A stretch of DNA of 64,000 nucleotides from Phoronis australis (lineage: Eukaryota; Animalia; Phoronida): the NCBI GenBank assembly GCA_002633005.1, contig NMRA01000441.1, forward strand, positions 124,001-188,000. The letters run 5' to 3'. The position numbers were made by a program, and so were the translations under genes. The notes beneath the pieces are model-generated. The model was given only the letters and a program-made list of their open reading frames with translations, was not told the DNA's origin and ran no database searches. Positions 51,352 through 64,000 of the stretch are shown piece after piece (within the stretch, counting starts at the first letter, position 1; each line of letters begins with the position of its first letter).

Positions 51352-51666
51352 ATATGTTGCTCCTCTACTAACGACACCTTTTGTGGTGAAGGAAATTCAG
51401 CCCGATGGGTTGCCACTCCAATCTTAAGAGTAAACAACTCATCCGTCGTTATAAACTACAAGAGACATTGCAAAGGCTGGGTGATGGGTATCCGTTACGC
51501 CTGGAAGGTGTCGCCGTGTGACTTCAAAAAGTGCGCCCTCTACGGAGCTGCAAACAAACTTCCAGTGCCACCATTTATTGTAAAGGAACGTTTCGGGCTT
51601 CAGAACCAAAAGTTTCAAGTTTTCCATCAAAGACAGCTCAAACAGCTGAGACTTCCCAGAAATTGA
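51352..51666 (+). CDS. SIAE: SIAE exon 9 (terminal)
   Basis: tttcag|ICC...GIRYAWKVSPCDFKKCALYGAANKLPVPPF matches the SIAE C-terminus (RYAW...PC....C..Y....LPAPPF); stop TGA at 51664-51666. The nine exons sum to 1629 nt (542 aa + stop) in frame. Confidence 0.9.
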   Translation: MCCSSTNDTFCGEGNSARWVATPILRVNNSSVVINYKRHCKGWVMGIRYAWKVSPCDFKKCALYGAANKLPVPPFIVKERFGLQNQKFQVFHQRQLKQLRLPRN

Positions 51667-54010
51667 AAATTTCGCACTAAATTTGGAAAACAGATGGAAT
51701 GAACCCAAGTTACTTTTTGTTTCCGAAATTCAAGTTACGCTTGATAAAAGAATAGCCGTTATTTCTAGACGTAGCGTTGAAATTGAACGAAGTTTTACAT
51801 TGCACTCTCGAACGCTCGTATCAAATGCGTGGGCACAAGTTTCCTTAAAAATGTGATTATGATAATGACAACAATCTTTATAATACAACTGCACTTAACT
51901 TTGCCACTATTTTATTATCTTCGCATCATCACATTTCCAAGTGTTCAATGATTTCCCGGAAGACAACAACAACAATCACATCAGTACCCGGGCCGCGTTC
52001 CGTAGACCCAAAGGCTTGAACTTGTGCAGCCGGCGTTTTAGGCCAAATGCAGTCGTGAAAGGTGAACAGCAAGATGATGATGAACACTTTAATAAACATG
52101 TTTTCATAATTACATACAAACAAACTTCACGGTTACAGGGCCTGGATATTTTCTCTTTTAAAAGGGTTCCCTCTACGACACCACAAGTATGTCTATCACG
52201 CAAGCCTATTTATTTGTGGGACGATACATCATCTGGAAAATGTTCATCTTTTTGTCATTGACGTTTTTCCAAGCAGTACGGTTGTGCTAACAGAATCCTA
52301 GGAGACAACGTGTGTTAGAAGTGTGTGCACTCGGCCGCCTGTCAACGACTTTGAGAGAAAAGTGAGGTGGTGCGCGAAAATCAATGCATGGCTTTTTTGC
52401 TCCGACATTTTCTCTTTTCCCTCTCAGTCATTGACTGTATATACACCTAAATACATGTATGTTTATTTAGAGTTCATCATCACCTTCTTGATAGCTTAAA
52501 CTTGTGGCGGAACTTTTTTCACTTACAAAACGAATGAATCCATAGTACCACCATTCAGCATCCCAGCAGCCTCACCGACCAATTTTTTCAGTGGGCATCA
52601 TTTTGTTAAGGTGGGCTGCTAAGCTCCCTAGCATACTTGCAAAACACAACCCTTTACTGGTGTGAATTTACTGGGTCTTTCTCGCACGAGGCGCGGTTTA
52701 TCGCATGTTTCCAGACACGCTTGACACTGTTTAACGCCGCTGTGCACCAGCTGCCATCGCCATCTAGTGTCTGATAACGGAACCAGTCACATCCCATTCA
52801 ACTGAGCTGGCACTCAATAGTTTTTTGATCCACGGTTGAATTTCGCTCCACAAATTTCATGAAATATAGGTGTTGGCGCCAGCTTGGTTAGCTCGGAATG
52901 TTTATTTTGTAACTCCTGCGAACGCTACGAATGGCATTTGCTTAATTTTTAGTCTGTTCAGATTGAACGAATACCAGTTGTTCATCGATTGACGCACGTT
53001 TTGCTCAGTTGGGGCTTTTTTAAACCTTGCAAGCCATGCGCGCACCCAGCCTAAATTATAGGGGGGCTCACATTTCTCGGTACGCGGACCTTCTACTGAG
53101 GAAAATCAACGAGGACCAAAAAAAAACGGGGCCACTAGGTTCAGGCCTACGAATTGTGCCTCCGTGCCGAATTTCTGTGGGCTTTGTGGACTTAGGTCTC
53201 GTTTGCTCGGACTTGTTGTTTCATTGAGGCAGACCTTTTTGCCCAATTCGCCAAATTGGTGTGCTCTTTCGAGCCCCTGGAGTCCCCCTGGGAGCGCCCA
53301 TGCAAGCGGGATGTTGAAATTTATAAGGAAATTCGGATAGTACGCTCTCAGACACTCTGGATTAGTATTATAAATTGCCGGTCGACATCCACTTGCACTT
53401 GATTTCTGTAATTAGGAGTGTTGGACAGTCCGAATGCATTGTCTCCCAGTTCACAGTAATCGTATGCAAATGGTGGCTTTGAGGTGAAAACTACTGATTT
53501 GTTATATTTTTGTCATCGAACATCGTCGAAAAGCAGGTACTCTGGGATAAATTATGTTCTAAAAAACTTTTTAAAGGGCATTACGTAATGTATTACAAAA
53601 CCTAACAAATAATCTTTGAATTAGTGTCTTTGACATGTTTTTTTTCTATTTAGTGTAGTAATTTATGTAAGCGTCATTGACTTAATATAGGTCGTCTTTT
53701 CTACACCACCGCCAACTGCTATGTTTGTAATTCCATACAAGACTTGGATCGCATTTTTCAGATCGCCATACTATGAGTTTCTATTATTGAATGTCTTACT
53801 CTTTATACATATTAATACTGTTTATGAGTCGCAAATATTTTACCGTGTCTTTTCGTTTACTTCGCTATGTTCACTGTATCCTATTTATAAATATTTCAGT
53901 ATGACGTACGGGTAATTGTGTGGGGACAACTGGCTGTAGAGTCGTCCCCATGGTCTTCGCTAAACCAAACATGTATTTGTCAATGACTATAGCTCTGAAA
54001 ATAATCAGAA

Positions 54011-54392
54011 CCTGGGTCTAATTGTCTCACTCGAAACCGAACAAAAATTTATTTTTAACATTTTCCGTTCTCGGCTTCTTTCATGAGTTTAGAAATCTAC
54101 TGCTCCGTGCTCGAGTGTATTATGGTTTGGATTATGTGAATGCCTCATTTGTATTATCTTATTTTGCACTTGATGACAAGTTCGAGTCTGAACTCGAAAT
54201 TTCCTATTCTTACTAGTTCTTGTTGCACGAATTTAAGGGTTATCAAGTGCAGATTTGGACAACACACTTGTACTTGCGTAATCCATAATGTACTCAAGCG
54301 GCTGCAATGAGTTATAGATAATTGTCGAGAGTTCACGTTTAAGGGTAAACGATATATTTTCGAGTTCGATTCTGAGTAATATGATTAGATCA
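54011..54392. mobile_element. Diverged Harbinger-like MITE family member
   Basis: Ends ggtctaattgtctcactcgaaaccgaac and ttcgagttcgattctgagtaatatgattagatc resemble the family TIRs; another right-end fragment lies at ~55640-55715. Confidence 0.45.
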
Positions 54393-57300
54393 TGAACTTT
54401 GAAACAAAACGCACTACTACTCCTCAATATTTCCGTTCCATTAGTTTTCAAGGGGTCAATTTAAAAACATTGATGAGAAACATTTCATTCATTAAAATGA
54501 TACTGTATGACTTAAGTTTATTAACAGACATCAACTACGACTAGATCTCTAATATCTTTGAAACAAAATACTGCTCTTTGAATCAGACAACACTCAAATA
54601 TTGGATATCTCCTTCAAAGGCTTCCGATAAGTTGGCATTAGTGAGTCTAACGTTTAGTTGGGTGAGCTAACGGCTGATCCCTGAACTACTAGAATCCGCT
54701 CTGAGGAAGCGTTTTAGTTGAATAAAATGTTCGCCTCTCAATCAGTGGAGGTACAGGAAGTATTTAACAGGTTACAGAACCAATTTTGAATTAGATTATA
54801 AAAACATGACTAAGTTTCTGTTTATAAAACCAATGTCGATACAAAGAAACTGTCTGCCGCTTCTGAACACAATATTTTGATCAACTGTGTAATTTTGTTT
54901 TGTTGACGCTATTTGGCTAACCTGGTGACACGTGTTTGTCAAACTTTTAATATATTCCGGGCCATGTTCTACGTCATCACACTTAATCGCAACGCAATGG
55001 ATGTATTTGATTCATTTCACCGGTTCCACCGGGTCATTGCAAGCGGCTAAGATATCTGATAATTCTGTCAGCCGGAACCGACTAAGTGAAACAAGAGCAG
55101 TCAACTTAGCATGAAAAGCCAAATATGTATGTAATTGCAATTATGGGTCAAGACGGGCAGCGCGTTTCATGGCGGACTTCTTTTATAGAACGGAAACGGA
55201 GAATTTTAGACATTCCAACCTCATTGGCTAGTCATTTGTGCCAAAAGTTCCGTCGTTAGATTACGCTGATAAAGTCTCGAGCATATATTTACGAAGCACT
55301 CCCCTGACTCTCGCGTGGTCTGGCGTGACATCTCGTTTTTACAGCAAACAAGTTGACGGTCTACCCTGACGTGCGTTCCGTACAATGCAGCAGGGCCGTA
55401 GGAAGCAGGAGGCCGGGGGAGGGGGGAGGCACGGGCCGCCCAAAAAATTTCGGATGTCAGGCTTAAACCGTGGCAACCGACATAGGGGTGGGGCCGGGGA
55501 CAGTCGAGAAAAGAAAGACTGCGAAATACGGATAAGAGAGAAAGTTCAAGAGAACGTTTATCTGCAACTCTGCATCAGTGCATGTTTTAACTTTTGAGGA
55601 CACTGGCCAGGACATTGTCGTTAAGGTCTCCGCTTTTCCAGTTTGCACAAAAGTAACAGAGAAATTGACAAAAATAATTTGCGTTCGTTTCGAGTACAAA
55701 GATTAGATTCCGGCCAAGGTCTTGGCAGCTCCAACAGTTTGTTCCACAAGATATACAAAACCTGAGAATATGAACAGTATACAAGGCCAAAGACTTCAAA
55801 AATCTTGCACGAAGTCTATTGAAAATGATTCTAAAGTCAATTTTTCATCTTTTACGACAATCGAAGTGTGTTACTACGAACTGAGAGACCACGTGATCAA
55901 ACTGTCAAAACTCTCAATAGTACAGCAATCAAGTGAAAATTGGGTGTCGACCAGTCTTTTTTTTCACAAATCCAAAGAGTTTGTTGGGTACCTGAATTTC
56001 CTCCTAAGTTTCAGATTCCCTCTTTTAATCAGTAAAGTTTAAGGAAAGTCACGTACGTACTACATAGAAAAAAGTGGATCAAGGAGTCACCAACACGCAA
56101 TCTTTCACTCAGAACACACTCAGAAATCAAGCAAATCCCATTCGTAGACTTCACATATAGCACAAAAGTTAAAATACCCAACCAACCCAGTAAACGCCAA
56201 TTTTTAATGAAGTTGGGGGAGCTCAATTCAACTGTGGCTCAAAAAAGCTATAGAGCGCCACCCATACACGTTCCTTCGCAGCGTCCTTAAGTGGTAACAA
56301 TGGCGCTGCAAATGCAACGGATCTACTTGAACCTCAGTATGCGCCCATAAAGTTCAAAAATCGTTGGCTGTGGAGGGTGAAACGCCTATCAGTTTCGCCA
56401 CCATTGACTACACACGTCTTCGCGCAGACTTTAAATAAGTACCTCTCCCTTTGTGCACTCCATCACAGTTCGCGTTAAAAGCACCCATTCAATTTTTCCT
56501 GTACCATCTCGTTTCCTTCTTTTAATTTCTCCCACGAAAAAGACCTCCCAGGGTTAAACTTAGAAGTTTTTCAACATTACCGGTTTCCTCGAAATAAACC
56601 CAGCAAACAAATGCGTACTGATACGTTATAGTGTTTGCAGTGAGTCAATGAGAGACTGCTTTGGACTTATCATTGACAATATCATAGATTAAACCCCTCA
56701 TCCATGATAACACCTATAGTTGAAGTAATGCGTTTTGGAACATATTAGACGAATACAGACAAAAACACACATGATCTGTGTAGAAATATGCAAATTCAGT
56801 AAATAATTGATGAAACAGTTTTGAAGGGTTAGCATCTACATGTACAGTAACTGAGATCGCTTTTCGCTGACTCGTAGCACCCCGGCCATCCCGTGACCGA
56901 AAACACCGGAAGGGGATCGCAGACGAAATTTAGCGCAAACGATTACAGACGACAGTGATTTTCCCGGTAAGTTAAAATAGCCTTTTTTCTTAACTAATTA
57001 CTTATTTGCAACAACAGAGAAGGGTTAGGGATTAGTGCTTGCAGTGAATCATAATTTATGCAAGGCTTCTTATTTACTTTAATGAATTAAGACTTAATTA
57101 TAGCGTTGGCTTTAGATCAAATGCATTGCGTGTAGTAAAATAGACAATTTATACTAATAGCTATTCTAACTCTTTAGGTAAAAGCTTTGTAAGTGATGAT
57201 TTAAGAAATTGTTTGAGATATTTAGCAATATAAGCACCATCTTGTCTGTGATTGCGATCGTGAAGGACACATTAAATTATCAAAGACAATTCAAAGCAAA

Positions 57301-57479
57301 GCGATCGCGAACGAACTCTCTTTCATTCTGGTTTTCCAAAATAACCAATAAATTAGTTGATTAAATGATTTCGAATAAATTGACACCGTTCCCATGGCAA
57401 TCTAAAGTAACTTCAACGTTAAAATGAATTTGTCACCATCCTATTTTTCCATCATTTGTTGTACGCTGACAAATGAAAA

Positions 57480-57990
57480 ACGTTCCATTTTTGTGAAAAA
57501 AACATTGATGGGATAAATGCATTTGAACAATTTGCTATACAGTTGAAATCCTGCCACAAGACGTCGTTTACTATGGTTACACTGACGTAAATAAAGAGAG
57601 ACTGCGGAAACTCATTTAGAAACAAGGCGGCATTGGACGACCACATGGCACTGAAGTATAACGAAGACATTGGCAAGATCTTTCAATACTCTGTGAATGG
57701 TTATGGAAAAACCTTCGATAGAGAAAAAAAAAACAAGTCCCAGTTCCATATGAATAATGCAAAGACTAAAGCGTATACCTGCATCGCCTGTGGTAGGAGT
57801 TGTCTTGAAAAAAGCGACACGAGATGACGGCCGTGATGAAGTCGATTTGCTGTGCTATTTGCGGAGAATACTAGAATGAGCAAGTTTGAAGTGACACAGC
57901 ATGTCGCAGCATGGCACAGCACGTCATGCCGTTTTCGTGTGGACGTGGAAAGACCTACAAAAAGTATGCGTTCCTGTACAGACACAAAAA
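57480..57990 (+). pseudogene. Degenerate C2H2 zinc-finger array fragment
   Basis: DCGNSFRNKAALDDHM...FQYSVNGYGKTF...FHMN...KAYTCIACGRS has C2H2-like spacing with lost ligands and stops. Confidence 0.45.
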
Positions 57991-58951
57991 GCAGCACGAG
58001 TGAAAATTAACAAACCAAGCAATGAGTTATTGTTAAGTTTAATCTACATTTTATTGTATGTTAAAACACTTACTGTATGCTAATTTACATCAGTGTCTTG
58101 CATGATTGCATTTGCTTTACGGTTCCAAGATTTTTTATTTTCCTGTAAGACAAATCTTAATTAGGATTGACCTTTTTCCGAACTAATTTATAATGAAATC
58201 TATGTAGTACTTTAAGACATGCGAGTCAGTGGTTCCGCCATCTTGTTCAAACACATTTAAAAATCTAAATGGGATTTTTCATGTTTGTTCGAACTTTTCA
58301 TTTCCAAAATACAATGTTAACACATTTTAGATCATTAAATAGGTCGATTCAAGTCAAATGGGGCAAAAGGGTGATCTTGTTTTCATGTATTTTTCTGTAA
58401 CAGTATGTCAGAATTCCTACCGTCTATTGAGCTAAGTGACATTAAGAACAACATTGTGACTACGTTCTGTAAAAATAACCACAGTACAGCATATGGACTT
58501 GTCTATCTAACTTTTCGATATCACATCAAAACTCAACTTTGATCACGAACTGGAATAAGACACCATAACAAAATAGAGGAGTTCAAAGCATCTCAAAGCG
58601 AATTCAGCCTGAAAAAATTAACAGTGTAATCGGCCAAACACTTCAAAAACCTTGCCTAAAGTCTATTGATACTGATTCCAAAATCAATTTCTCACCTTTT
58701 ACGACTACCGGAAGTGTAGCCAGATAGTTGAAAAAAACGAGCAAAAATACGCCAAATCGTCAGTTTTCACCCAAAGCCATCATTTGCATGCGATTAATAC
58801 AAAATGAGAGACATTGCATTCAGACTGCCAAAATTCTTCGCATTAGATAAATCGGGTGAAAAGTTGGTGTCGACCAGTCAGATTTTTCACAAAGTAAAAA
58901 GGGTAAATGAATTGCTTGCTAAACGTCAGCTTCCGCTTGCAAGAAGTACAG

Positions 58952-59102
58952 GCGTGCGTTCAGTAGACGTTAGGACCTACGCTAGGACCTAGCTGAAACC
59001 TAGTCAACGTCACGTGTTCTCATTTAAAATACATGGCAAAATCTCATGTAATCTCGCGAAGTCTTGCTTTTTAGCGAGGTCCTAGCGTTACTGAACGGGA
59101 GT
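58952..59102. mobile_element. Short MITE with CAG flanks (Harbinger-like)
   Basis: cgttcagtagacgttaggacctacgct / agcgaggtcctagcgttactgaacg; CAG on both sides. Confidence 0.45.
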
Positions 59103-59913
59103 CAGGTTCAAGAAAAGCCATGGCTGAGCATAAAGTGGGTCAAGGGGTCAACACCTGACAATCTTTCGCTCAGAACAGATTCAAAAATCAAGCAAGTGTC
59201 ATTTCACACATTTTCATTTTTTCGAGTTCCTCGCGCCAAATTTCGTCTGCTGTCGCCTTCCACATTTCTCGATTGCGAGTTGGCAGGCGTGCTAGCCTAG
59301 GTCATCATCACCTGACATAGACAGATAGCGTTCTTTTCTCGCCTGGCACCACTTTTGATGTGCTGTCAATCATTACACAATTTCATCGCGCAACGCGAGA
59401 GCAGTTTAATATTTCACAAAATCTGTATAACGCAAAAATTAAACTTACACATTTTTGTCTCTTTCCTTGTCAGGGACTTGCCCCTTTGAGACCCTGTTTG
59501 CGTAACAAAAGTGTCAAATATCTGTATTTGCTTTGATACGAAAAAAATGAAACAAACCTTAGCTATTGCAAACGTCCAATGTAGACCTAACTAACGGATT
59601 CGTTTATTTGCCGGAAATTGTCAGGTTTCGTGCTGTGCTATCACTTCGATCATTACACATTTAGAATTATTTCAGACAGGCATATTAACGGGAACAAAAC
59701 AAATGACGAATGATAAACTTATTTTAGGAGATGTTAAGATCGTATTACTTGATCGCTGGTGTTATTATGAACTGGCGATAGCCAATACTCTTCAAAGCCT
59801 AATTCATTAATTAAGTTAATTTACTTTTTAACAAAAGAAAGCAATTTATCTTAAAGATTTTCTTTCCATTACATTCGCTAATTTAGTACACAGGATGAGT
59901 TTCAAAGTCTAAA

Positions 59914-60070
59914 GCAGGGGCGGATCCAGGACTTTGAGTTAGGGGGAGCCAGAGCAGAGTATTAGCCAGGATTTTGAAAGTCAGACATTTGCACCCCGAA
60001 CTGACAAATGTATCTGGGAGAATTTTATGGGGGCATGGCTTCCTTGGCCCCCCCTCTAAATCCGCCATTG
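59914..60070. mobile_element. Short GC-tipped MITE (GGCGGATCC...AATCCGCC), hAT-like
   Basis: caggggcggatccagg ... ctaaatccgccattg; similar fragments at ~2152-2310, ~47100-47200 and ~51085-51095. Confidence 0.4.
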
Positions 60071-61099
60071 GAAAGATATCACTAAAATACAAACATTTCC
60101 TAACTTTCAGCGCTGTTTTGTTCGCCTTGTTTTACTATTAATCTTTTTGAATTATTTTTCAAAAACTGGGTGGGGATCCACCAAAACCTTCTTAAGCATG
60201 GCGGTAGTTAAGTGAATACCCATAATGCACTAGTCACCTGTCACTCACTATGGCGGCCATTTTAGGCGGTCATGCACGACCAAAAGTAAAAAAAAATTAA
60301 ACAAAGGTTCATATCAGCATTTAAGTTCGAAAGTATTTGTAGTTGTGTTGAATGAGTCGGCTTAAGTATTGACTGAATGAACTTGCGTTAAAATCCGTTT
60401 GATTAGGTCTTTAATTAAATGAAGCGGAAATTTATCTTTAAAACCTCCTTCATTGATCATTCCGCCTACGTTAGTTTCATTACAATCTGTACTAGGTCAG
60501 TTTGCAATCTATGGTGTCAGAAGATTGCCCTCTGCGGTGTTTTATTAAATTCCGAATAATGCACTTTGTTCACCACGTATCCCATAAGATTCCCAAGCGG
60601 TAAAAGGTTTTCGCACAGTGTATAGCAAAGGACTGGTGTCCAGAAAATGCACTCATACCTCAAATGACAATAGCTGCGTCGTTTGCTTACTTAGCAACAA
60701 GCTTGCTGGTTTCGTAAAGAGAGGATCATAAACGTAAGTAAACAGTTTTCAAATCAAAGTAAATGCATTTTGATTAACTATAGAAAAGGATTAGTTGTGT
60801 TTGCAGTTGCTCGACGTTTCTGGGTTTTTAGTACCAATGTGAGATAATTGTCCTTCTCTAAAACGGAATCCCTTGTTTAGCAACCCCGTAAGCACAAAGT
60901 ACATGGCGACTCGCGCCTACTTTCACAGTTAGTTATAACAACGAAATAAGCCCAAGGGCATAGTATGGTCCACAGAAACTGGATTTGAACTTTCGACGTT
61001 GAACTGAAATGTATTTTTGTTGTTAATTTTTTAAACACCATGCATAAATAGATTCCTAAACCATTCTTATTCAGTAACGATTTTAGGCGTAACGTTTAA

Positions 61100-61425
61100 A
61101 GCTGCATTGCGTCCCGTTTTGGAAACTAAAAAACCAAAATTGTATTAGGCCATTTAGTCTCATCAAATCGGCCTCAAAATATTCCTTACCGTAATACTAT
61201 TCTATTTCCGTTACGAACAAAAACACTGAACCCAAACCACCAACGAGTCAAGAAAACCTTTTGAGTTTATTAGGTTTGGCCAATCCTAAAGTTGCTTGTA
61301 ACTTGAGTTGGTAACGGAAATGGAATTCTATCACGATAAGGAAAATTACTTGGCCGTTTTATGACAGTAAAACGCCAAATTTGATTTTCGTTTTTAAGTT
61401 GTCTAAACAGGGCGAAATCCATTTT
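61100..61425. mobile_element. Second copy of the TTAA palindromic MITE family
   Basis: TTAA|AGCTGCA start and an internal block shared with 30111-30408. Confidence 0.5.
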
Positions 61426-64000
61426 TCGTCTTAGAGCATTCGGAGCATGTAATTTCAGCGACTGTTCAACTTCCTAATTTAATCAAAACCTTTTGACTTA
61501 CGTTAGTCAATCAAAATTACATGACATCCTTTGATTATGTAGTTTTAATTTAGTCTAATGTTTAAACCATGTAAGCCGCAAAGAGATTCTACTTCTCTTC
61601 ACATCCGTTGGAAGTAAGTCATTCGATAATGGAATGCTAATGCGGGCTCTCTAAAATGAATTGATAATTAACGGATACGGATCAATAAAAGCAATTTGAT
61701 CTATAACTCTTCCAATCGATTAAAATGTAATAATAGCATTTTCTGACATCACTTGGCAATTACTTATATATTTATGAAGCAATGTCCCCGTCATTCAGTA
61801 TCCTACGTTCAGACAGGCAACGCAGTAGCGTCATAAGGTAACTGTTACATTTTATGTTCCTCGTATGGGATGAATTTGTCTTCATTAAATCGTTATGTTT
61901 GAATTAAGATTTTGATTTATAAAATGATGACATATTTATCAATTGATTTTAGAAAGTAACATACCTGACTCGTCTCTTAATTATTTAAATTGCTCTTTAA
62001 GATGAATTAAAACTTATAAGTAATTGGTTAACAGTACTCAACGCGTTGAATAACAAAGTAATAAGATATGGTTGAATATTTTAAAATAATGCTTTACTAA
62101 CTGAAAATTGTTGCGGAGGCTTGAATAAAAGTTAAACCTTAAACCAATGAAATTATTTGAAATGAGTTTTTGTCATCAGGTTTACTAAGTTTGTTCAAAC
62201 AAGCTTTTCGTTTTCATTCATAACAGGTTTATTTAATAATATTCTTTTAAGAGAATCTCATAATTTACAAACCCAAGCATGCATTTTAATATAGTCCCGG
62301 CTTCTGTTGTAAGTGAAAGAGCAATCGTAAACATTTTCGCACAAGATTCAATTTTAGGATTTGGATACGGCACGTTTGGAACTTCAGAAAATGTAAGCAC
62401 TGTGTCCGAGGCCAACTTTACTCGAAACTATTGCCCGAAATTTGAAAGTTTACACGATGCGTGCGCTACGCGACTGGTCAGTTTTAGAGTCAACTGTAGA
62501 GGGGTAATTGATGGCCACGGAAACACGGGCCTTGTGTCTATTAGAAGTCTTTTCGTCGACTTCCATTGGGGCCCTATTAGGAAGATCACGTTATGGCTTA
62601 GACCAAGAAATGTGTTCATTTCACATTTAGGAACACAGGGAATGAGGCAATGCCTTACTGGTGGCTACTTGAGGTATTTTTATGCGAATAGGCGATCCTG
62701 GTGGTAGTCAATGCGTAAAACACGTGATTAAATGTTTGGCGACTGATGTGTTTTTCAGAACTCTTGTCTAGGTCATTCGTTTTTACAACTTTTTAATGGG
62801 TGACAAATTAGGATTTGCTGTGTAATTGGTGCTATACTTAGGTTTCGGGCGACTCCGCGGTGACCTCGGTCGCTAATAAAACTAATGCCTCTATGCAGTC
62901 GCAATTGCATTTTTACTGGAAAGGTATAAAAGTCTATAGACCGGGCAAAACGTCGGAAAAGGCATTGGTAATATGCTTTTGTAAGAAAACGTGCGTTGAT
63001 ACTACGTTGTGACTTGTCTTTGGACTTTCTATTATGGAAACAAGGTAATCGGTTCGATTTTCTCTAAGTCTATCTTTTGTTAATACCTCGTGTGAACTCT
63101 GGTACCCATTTAAAAAGCAACGCGTAAATCGTGTTCATGAGAAATTTTGTTTTCAGCAAGCGTGTGAAAACAGACTTCATCTGTATTTTCGAATGTAACT
63201 CAATGATCGTGCTTGAATATTTTAGATTCTAAGCAATAAATTTAAATTAACACGCGTAATTAGGCCTCAGTTCAACGATAAGGATCGCATTTGAATTGCA
63301 TTATTGCAATTTACGGACGTAGACGATATTTTTGTCTTTTTAAGCCATGGTCAAGACAATAGGTCTCTGCGGTCTCTGGCCATGGTCACAAGTTGCCCCC
63401 AATGAATCCGTCAGGTCCCTTTAGGTCACGTTATCGCAAGTCGCACGTGCCTCATCATCGAGAAGTTAAGACCATTGTGTGGGAGGCAACTTTGCTTAGG
63501 CCCGAATGCTCATGATAAAGAAATCTAAAATGTAGGGTTAACTTTTCTCACCAATTGCCTTACGCATTGCCCCAAGAACAAAATCGCCCAATGGCAAAGT
63601 GTCATGACGTGTGGCCTCAATGCAATATGAGAAAAATACTACTTGTGGGAGAATTTCTTTCATGGAAAGGTTGTCCTTAACAGACTTAATTGTAGTAAAG
63701 AATCTGACAATATCTTCCAACGCCACGTGGTTGTTTTGTTGTTTACCGGAAACTCTAGGAGACAGTCTCTTATCATATCGCGGTTCAAGTTAGAAGCCAC
63801 TGGTGCGTGGTGTTCACGAAAGTCACGCACCAACATTTCTGTAAAGATCATAATCACCACACAGTCAACACCGGTTGTGTGGTAAGACTCTCAAGGGGGT
63901 TCGTTGGTAATGGGAACTGACTGACTGGTACGTGTAGAAATAGACTTGAAATAATAACCATCCGTAAGAAATGTGTGGAAAGATCGACTTTTCATGAGGG

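Noticed and set aside
13450-51666. Functional coupling of the toxin-like GTPase and SIAE as a divergent gene pair
   Set aside because: The start codons are ~14.5 kb apart across transposon debris; adjacency alone is not evidence in an animal genome.

Overview
Eukaryotic, AT-rich, transposon-laden genomic DNA from an animal, probably an invertebrate; the taxon cannot be assigned from sequence alone. Two intact spliced genes can be reconstructed by hand. (1) A minus-strand, two-coding-exon gene (18410-18324 + 16965-13450, about 1200 aa) fuses a stonustoxin/neoverrucotoxin-type MACPF/CDC pore-forming core to a Cys/His module, a septin/AIG1-like P-loop GTPase, a second Cys/His-rich domain and coiled coils. 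This is the most interesting object here, a candidate GTPase-coupled pore-forming immune effector. (2) A plus-strand, nine-exon sialate O-acetylesterase (SIAE) gene spans 32940-51666 (about 542 aa). The rest is mostly mobile-element debris: an RT-bearing LINE, an L2/CR1 tail, a Hero/NeSL remnant, a Gypsy pol remnant, a MULE remnant, two Kolobok-like copies, ISL2EU-like THAP MITEs, Harbinger-like MITEs and other small inverted-repeat elements. A ~210-nt poly-C run is probably an assembly artefact. All family assignments come from motif recognition, not from database searches.
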